A DNA stretch of 64,000 nucleotides from the NCBI GenBank assembly GCA_021813145.1, contig JAKALS010000004.1:8594-72593 (forward strand), read 5' to 3'. This document shows positions 59,172-64,000 of this stretch, piece after piece (positions within the stretch are counted from its first letter, which is position 1; the number at the start of each line of letters is the position of its first letter). The notes under the pieces are model-generated. The model searched no databases, was not told where the DNA came from, and worked only from the letters and a program-made list of their open reading frames with translations. Made by a program: the position numbers and the translations under genes. Source of the DNA: a bacterium (GTDB lineage Bacteria > Patescibacteriota > Microgenomatia > Levybacterales > UBA12049).

Positions 59172-61865
59172 ATGCTAAATGTCATCACCAAATTCTTCGA
59201 TTCTAACGAAAAAGAGGTAAAAAAGCTGGAGCCTATTATTGAAGAGATTAACTCTCTTGAGGAAAAAACCAAAAAATTAAAAGATTCGGATTTTCCAAAA
59301 AAAACCGCAGAGCTTAAGGAACGGGTAGAAGAAGGAGAGCCTTTGGAACTGATACTTGTGGAGGCTTTTGCTCTTGTAAGAGAAGCGGCAAAAAGAACTA
59401 TCGGTTTAAGGCCTTTTGATGTCCAGCTGATGGCAGCTGCGGTTTTATCATCGGGAAAAATAGCCGAACAAAAAACAGGAGAAGGAAAAACTCTTTCTGC
59501 TGTTCCTGCGCTTTACCTAAATGCTTTAACCGGAAAAGGAGTTCATCTTGTTACCGTTAACGACTATCTTGCAAGAAGAGATGCGGGGTGGATGGGTCCG
59601 GTTTTTAATCTTTTGGGAATGAAAGTTTCTTCAATAATAAGCGAAGAATCTTTTATTTACGACCAGGATTTTATAAACAAAGATGCACACGATTTCAGAC
59701 TTTTGCATCTAAAACCTGTAACAAGAAGGGAAGCATACCAGGCAGATGTAGTTTACGGAATAAATTCGGAATATGGATTCGACTATCTAAGGGACAACAT
59801 GGCTCCGGATATGGAATCTATAGTTCAAAGGGACTACTACTTTGCTGTTGTCGATGAGGTCGATTCGGTTCTCATAGATGAGGCAAGGACTCCTCATATA
59901 ATCTCAGCTCCCGATGAAGAGCCAACGCAAAAATATTATGAGTATGCAAAACTGGTCGAAAGACTGACTCCCGAAATAGATTTTAAAATAGATGAGAAGT
60001 TAAAGACTGCACATCTCACTGACCATGGGATAGGAAAAGTCGAAAAAATTTTCGGTATATCGGATATTTATGAAAAAGATTTTGATACCGTTTACCACCT
60101 TGAAGCCGCCCTTAAGGCAAGAACTTTGTTCCATAAAGAAAAAGATTATATTGTAAAGGACGGAGAGGTAATCCTTGTAGACGAGTTCACGGGAAGACTT
60201 ATGGTCGGGAGAAGGCTTTCCGAAGGACTTCATCAGGCAATAGAGGCAAAGGAAGGGGTACAAATACAAAGGGAATCAAAAACACTTGCAACAGTATCCC
60301 TACAGAACTACTTCAGAATGTATGAGAAGCTTGCCGGTATGACCGGAACAGCGGTAACCGAAGCCGAAGAATTTCATAAAATATATAAACTCGATGTTGT
60401 CGTAATTCCCACACACAGACCGATGGTAAGGGAAGATTTCCCGGACGCAATATATAAAACTTCAAGAGCAAAATATACGGCGGTCGTAAACCAGATAGAA
60501 CAGGCTCATAAAAAAGGCCAACCGGTTCTTGTCGGAACAACATCTATAGACAAGAACGAGATAGTTTCCGAACTTTTAAGAAGACGTGGAATAAAGCACG
60601 AAGTTTTAAACGCAAAAAATCATGAAAGGGAAGCGGAGATAATCGCAAGAGCGGGAGAAAGAGGTGGGGTAACAGTTGCAACCAATATGGCCGGAAGAGG
60701 TGTTGATATTATTCTCGGTGGAGATGCCCCTAAAGGTGAAAACGGTATAGAAAAAAGAGGGACAAAAGAATGGGAAGCGTGGGAAAAAAAGCATAATGAA
60801 GTGTTATCTCTGGGAGGACTTTTGGTAATAGGTACAGAAAGACACGAGTCAAGAAGAATAGATAACCAGTTAAGAGGAAGGTCGGGAAGACAAGGTGATC
60901 CGGGGGAATCAAGATTTTTCGTAAGTCTAGAAGACGATATAATGAGGCTTTTCGGAGGAGATTCTATTTCTGGGATTATGACAAGATTTAACATGCCCGA
61001 AGACGTTCCCCTTCAGCACCCGCTTGTTTCAAGAGCTATAGAGCAGGCCCAAGTAAAAGTTGAGGGATATAATTTCGATATCAGAAAACATCTTGTGGAA
61101 TACGATGATGTTTTAAATAAACAAAGAGAAATAATTTATCAGAGAAGAAGAAAAGTTTTGGAGGCAGGCGGACGTGATGGCGAGGGGCTAAAAGAAGATG
61201 TCGGTGAAAAAATATCAAATAGTATTACAAATATGGTTATGCTCAATTCAGGTGAAACTTTGGTAGATGGAAAATCCTTATCAAGAAAACTGGCAGAGGA
61301 ATTTACCACAATAATTCCCTTTGACGAAAATTCTATAGACCAAATAACTCAGCAACTGGAGCAGGTGTATTCCGTCGAAGAAAAAACAGCTTTTCTTACC
61401 AACATAGCAAACGATCTCTACAAGGCAAGGGAAAACCAGATGGGAAAAGATTTAATGAGACAGATAGAAAGATTCGTAGAGCTTTCGGTAATAGATAATC
61501 TTTGGATGGATCATTTGGATGCCATTGAAAATTTAAGGCAGGGAATAGGGCTTAGGGGTTACGGGCAAAAGGATCCTCTTGTGGAATATAAAAATGAAGC
61601 ATACACGATGTTCGAGAAATTGATAATGGCAATAGACGACGAAATTGCCCATAGAATTTATAAAATTCAGGTACAGCAGACCCCTCAGCCTACTGTCCAG
61701 CAACACCAGAATATTGTCACACAAGCAGCAGGGGCATCTGAGGTAAAAACTACTTCTCGGACTCCAAAGGCAAATACGACAACTCTCAATAAAAAACTCG
61801 GAAGGAACGATCCCTGCTGGTGCGGAAGCGGTAAAAAATACAAGAAATGTCATTACCCCAATTGA
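59172..61865 (+). CDS. secA: Preprotein translocase ATPase SecA
   Basis: KTGEGKTL, VTVNDYLARRD, ATNMAGRG, RRIDNQLRGRSGRQG, C-terminal SEC-C motif. Confidence 0.99.
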   Translation: MLNVITKFFDSNEKEVKKLEPIIEEINSLEEKTKKLKDSDFPKKTAELKERVEEGEPLELILVEAFALVREAAKRTIGLRPFDVQLMAAAVLSSGKIAEQKTGEGKTLSAVPALYLNALTGKGVHLVTVNDYLARRDAGWMGPVFNLLGMKVSSIISEESFIYDQDFINKDAHDFRLLHLKPVTRREAYQADVVYGINSEYGFDYLRDNMAPDMESIVQRDYYFAVVDEVDSVLIDEARTPHIISAPDEEPTQKYYEYAKLVERLTPEIDFKIDEKLKTAHLTDHGIGKVEKIFGISDIYEKDFDTVYHLEAALKARTLFHKEKDYIVKDGEVILVDEFTGRLMVGRRLSEGLHQAIEAKEGVQIQRESKTLATVSLQNYFRMYEKLAGMTGTAVTEAEEFHKIYKLDVVVIPTHRPMVREDFPDAIYKTSRAKYTAVVNQIEQAHKKGQPVLVGTTSIDKNEIVSELLRRRGIKHEVLNAKNHEREAEIIARAGERGGVTVATNMAGRGVDIILGGDAPKGENGIEKRGTKEWEAWEKKHNEVLSLGGLLVIGTERHESRRIDNQLRGRSGRQGDPGESRFFVSLEDDIMRLFGGDSISGIMTRFNMPEDVPLQHPLVSRAIEQAQVKVEGYNFDIRKHLVEYDDVLNKQREIIYQRRRKVLEAGGRDGEGLKEDVGEKISNSITNMVMLNSGETLVDGKSLSRKLAEEFTTIIPFDENSIDQITQQLEQVYSVEEKTAFLTNIANDLYKARENQMGKDLMRQIERFVELSVIDNLWMDHLDAIENLRQGIGLRGYGQKDPLVEYKNEAYTMFEKLIMAIDDEIAHRIYKIQVQQTPQPTVQQHQNIVTQAAGASEVKTTSRTPKANTTTLNKKLGRNDPCWCGSGKKYKKCHYPN

Positions 61866-62992
61866 CAAAAAAATTAATAAGAAATAGGAGTTTGATTAAT
61901 AAATTGTCGTTCACAATTTTTATTCTTTCTCTTTTTTTTATTTTTAAAACTCTTTTCTTAAATTTTTATCCCGATTTTAAAGTACATTATTTATCTCCCA
62001 TAGCCGTCTTTTCGGGAAATAATCCCTATAAGGGAGGGGAAAATTTTTTTACTCCTGAAGTCTATCCTCCGTTTGTTATTTACCTTTTCTCGCCTTTTAT
62101 TCTTTTTTCCTACTCTGTTGCTGAAAAACTTTGGACCGCTCTCTCTATAATTTTTTTATTTGTTTCGTTATATTTTATCTTTAAAATAAACGGAAAATTT
62201 TTATTTTCCACAACGGGCCTTTTACTTTCGGCATTATTTTTTACTTTCTATTTTCCGATAAAGTTTACTCTCGGGATGGGACAAATAAACTTTTTAATTT
62301 TATTTCTTACAGTTCTATCAGTTTATTTTTTAAATAAAAACAAAGAAGCCTCTTCCGGTTTTTTCCTAACCCTTTCCATGATGATAAAATTTTTTCCCTT
62401 ACTGTTACTGCCCTATTTATTATTATTAAAAAAATGGAAAATGCTGTTGTCTATAGGAATTACTTTTTGCACAATTTCTTTTTTCATTTTTTTGCTGAAT
62501 CCTAAACTTACTCTTTATTTTTACGGCAGTGTTCTTCCCTCTCTCTTAGGAGGATGGAAAGGGGATTATTATAACCAATCATTGGCGGGATTTCTTACAA
62601 GAGAAGTAGTTTTTTTACCGCTAAGAGAATTTATGACTGTTTTATTCTCTCTCTTACTCGTCATTATTTCTTTTGTCACTATCCATATAAGAAAAAATAT
62701 TTTTTCAAATCTTTCAGTCAGTCTTTTAATTTCGCTTTCTCTTTTAATAAATAATTTTTCCTGGCAGCATGTTTTTGTCTGGTTAAGCTTTCCATTTATT
62801 ACGATTTTCTATTTTATTAAAGATCAAAGAAGCTCGTTATTTTACTTTTTAGTTTGGGGAGCAAGTTTTTTCCTTACCGGGTTAAATTTGCCAAATCCGG
62901 GAATATTTCCTGTTATTTTTATTTCACATGTTTTTTACGGAGCCTTACTGCTTTGGGCATTAAATATTTATCTTCTTTTAAAAAAAACTTAA
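61847..62992 (+). CDS. GT-C fold membrane glycosyltransferase (GT87/DUF2029-like)
   Basis: DF...Y, VYPPF, GQIN, IKFFP, NQSL; multi-TM. Confidence 0.8.
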   Translation: MSLPQLTKKLIRNRSLINKLSFTIFILSLFFIFKTLFLNFYPDFKVHYLSPIAVFSGNNPYKGGENFFTPEVYPPFVIYLFSPFILFSYSVAEKLWTALSIIFLFVSLYFIFKINGKFLFSTTGLLLSALFFTFYFPIKFTLGMGQINFLILFLTVLSVYFLNKNKEASSGFFLTLSMMIKFFPLLLLPYLLLLKKWKMLLSIGITFCTISFFIFLLNPKLTLYFYGSVLPSLLGGWKGDYYNQSLAGFLTREVVFLPLREFMTVLFSLLLVIISFVTIHIRKNIFSNLSVSLLISLSLLINNFSWQHVFVWLSFPFITIFYFIKDQRSSLFYFLVWGASFFLTGLNLPNPGIFPVIFISHVFYGALLLWALNIYLLLKKT

Positions 62993-63972
62993 TCCCTTTT
63001 CCCTTCAAAATGCCAGTCCACAATATCCTGATTAGGATTAACAACCGCTATCCTTCTTTCCTGACTGATGGGAAGGCTTCTTAAGAGAGTTCTTATGTAA
63101 TAGGCTTTTTTCTTGAATACTGTTGCTTCTTCCGGGGAAAGGTTTTCGGTTCCAGGATAAAGAGGAATACTTTCAAGCGGATTTCTGATTTCATCCCATC
63201 TTCTTCCAAGCATTTGATTTGCCTGGTCTATTATTTCTTTTTCTATTCTTTTTATTGTTGTTTCTCCTGCGATAGCCTGCGACCTTATTATTCTTCCCGC
63301 TTTGGTTGGAGTCATTCCTTCTAGGCCATGGACTACGACTCCGTATTTTCTTGCAAGCCCGTCGATTACATAGTCGGGTTGTGTGCTCCTTATATATTCT
63401 CTTATGGCGATTCTTCTTTTTTGAGATTCCGCATCGGTTCCCGCTATTCCTATAATAAAAGAATCTGGCCTTTGCGCAAGCATCATAAGGGTCGATTGAC
63501 CGTAGTCCATTCCTCCTACCGCAGGCATTTCTACGACAAGTATTTTCCTGCGGAATTTTTCCTGTTTTGTTTTTTCAACTTTTGAGCTGACTGTCCTTGA
63601 AAATATTTCCGTTGCCTTGACTCTTTCTTCAGGCCCAGTCCATTTACGCCACGAGCCAAGTTTTCTTTTAACGGCTTTTAGGTGCTGATCCCACGAGTAT
63701 TTTTCTATACAGATATTGTTTTGCGATCTTCTTTGCAGCTCGTGTATTAATTGTCCCTGAATTGTGCTTTTTCCAGCGTTGGGTTCTCCTATAATTGCTA
63801 CGACGCTAATATTACCCCCCAATATTGCTTTTACTATATAGTCTCCAACCAGCTCCGGCGTTATCCTTACGTTTTCCTCTTTGACGGTACCGGTGTTTCC
63901 CTCGACGGAGACAGAGAAATTTTTAGTTCCGTTTATAAGAGTTAAGTTGTATAGAACAGGAGCCTGTCTCAC
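62989..63972 (-). CDS. Hypothetical P-loop protein
   Basis: VAIIGEPNAGKST Walker A; ILVVEM possible Walker B. Confidence 0.65.
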   Translation of the reverse strand: MRQAPVLYNLTLINGTKNFSVSVEGNTGTVKEENVRITPELVGDYIVKAILGGNISVVAIIGEPNAGKSTIQGQLIHELQRRSQNNICIEKYSWDQHLKAVKRKLGSWRKWTGPEERVKATEIFSRTVSSKVEKTKQEKFRRKILVVEMPAVGGMDYGQSTLMMLAQRPDSFIIGIAGTDAESQKRRIAIREYIRSTQPDYVIDGLARKYGVVVHGLEGMTPTKAGRIIRSQAIAGETTIKRIEKEIIDQANQMLGRRWDEIRNPLESIPLYPGTENLSPEEATVFKKKAYYIRTLLRSLPISQERRIAVVNPNQDIVDWHFEGKRD

Positions 63973-64000
63973 TAGTGACTCAAGCGAATTTCCTATTACT

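Noticed and set aside
1-64000. CRISPR array, rRNA genes, inteins/introns, or genetic code 25
   Set aside because: No repeat-spacer array or rRNA-like stretch seen; core genes are uninterrupted; rplW and recA end at TGA.

Overview
Core-genome window of a low-GC bacterium, most consistent with Patescibacteria/CPR (Microgenomates-like). This placement is inferred from the missing rpmD/uL30, low-complexity extensions on r-proteins, an orphan VirD4-like ATPase, class I LysRS and a GT87 glycosyltransferase. TGA is used as a stop, so the code is 11. Bases 1-33317 hold rpoB(3')-rpoC, a split str locus and the S10-spc-alpha r-protein cluster, with accessory genes between fusA and tuf and between rpsJ and rplC. 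The rest holds an isoprenoid cluster (IDI-like Nudix, isopentenyl phosphate kinase, short-chain prenyl synthase), tRNA-Pro(GGG), recA-recX-rny-hup, RNase P RNA, a UvrD-nuclease fusion, rmuC, tsaD, greA, kbl-tdh, lysK, rdgB, serS and secA. No CRISPR array, transposase or prophage was seen. The most unusual signals lie outside the ORF track: (i) an apparently self-contained micro-gene encoding MAAKKKKKKK with promoter, SD, alternative hairpins and terminator between serS and secA; (ii) degenerate 7-nt-period arrays in r-protein spacers and in-frame inside recX and tsaD; (iii) structured leaders before rplC, rny, rpsD and greA; (iv) an IPK gene flanked by two catalytically altered Nudix-fold genes; (v) many apparently leaderless genes. 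All calls are by eye; no searches or folding programs were run.
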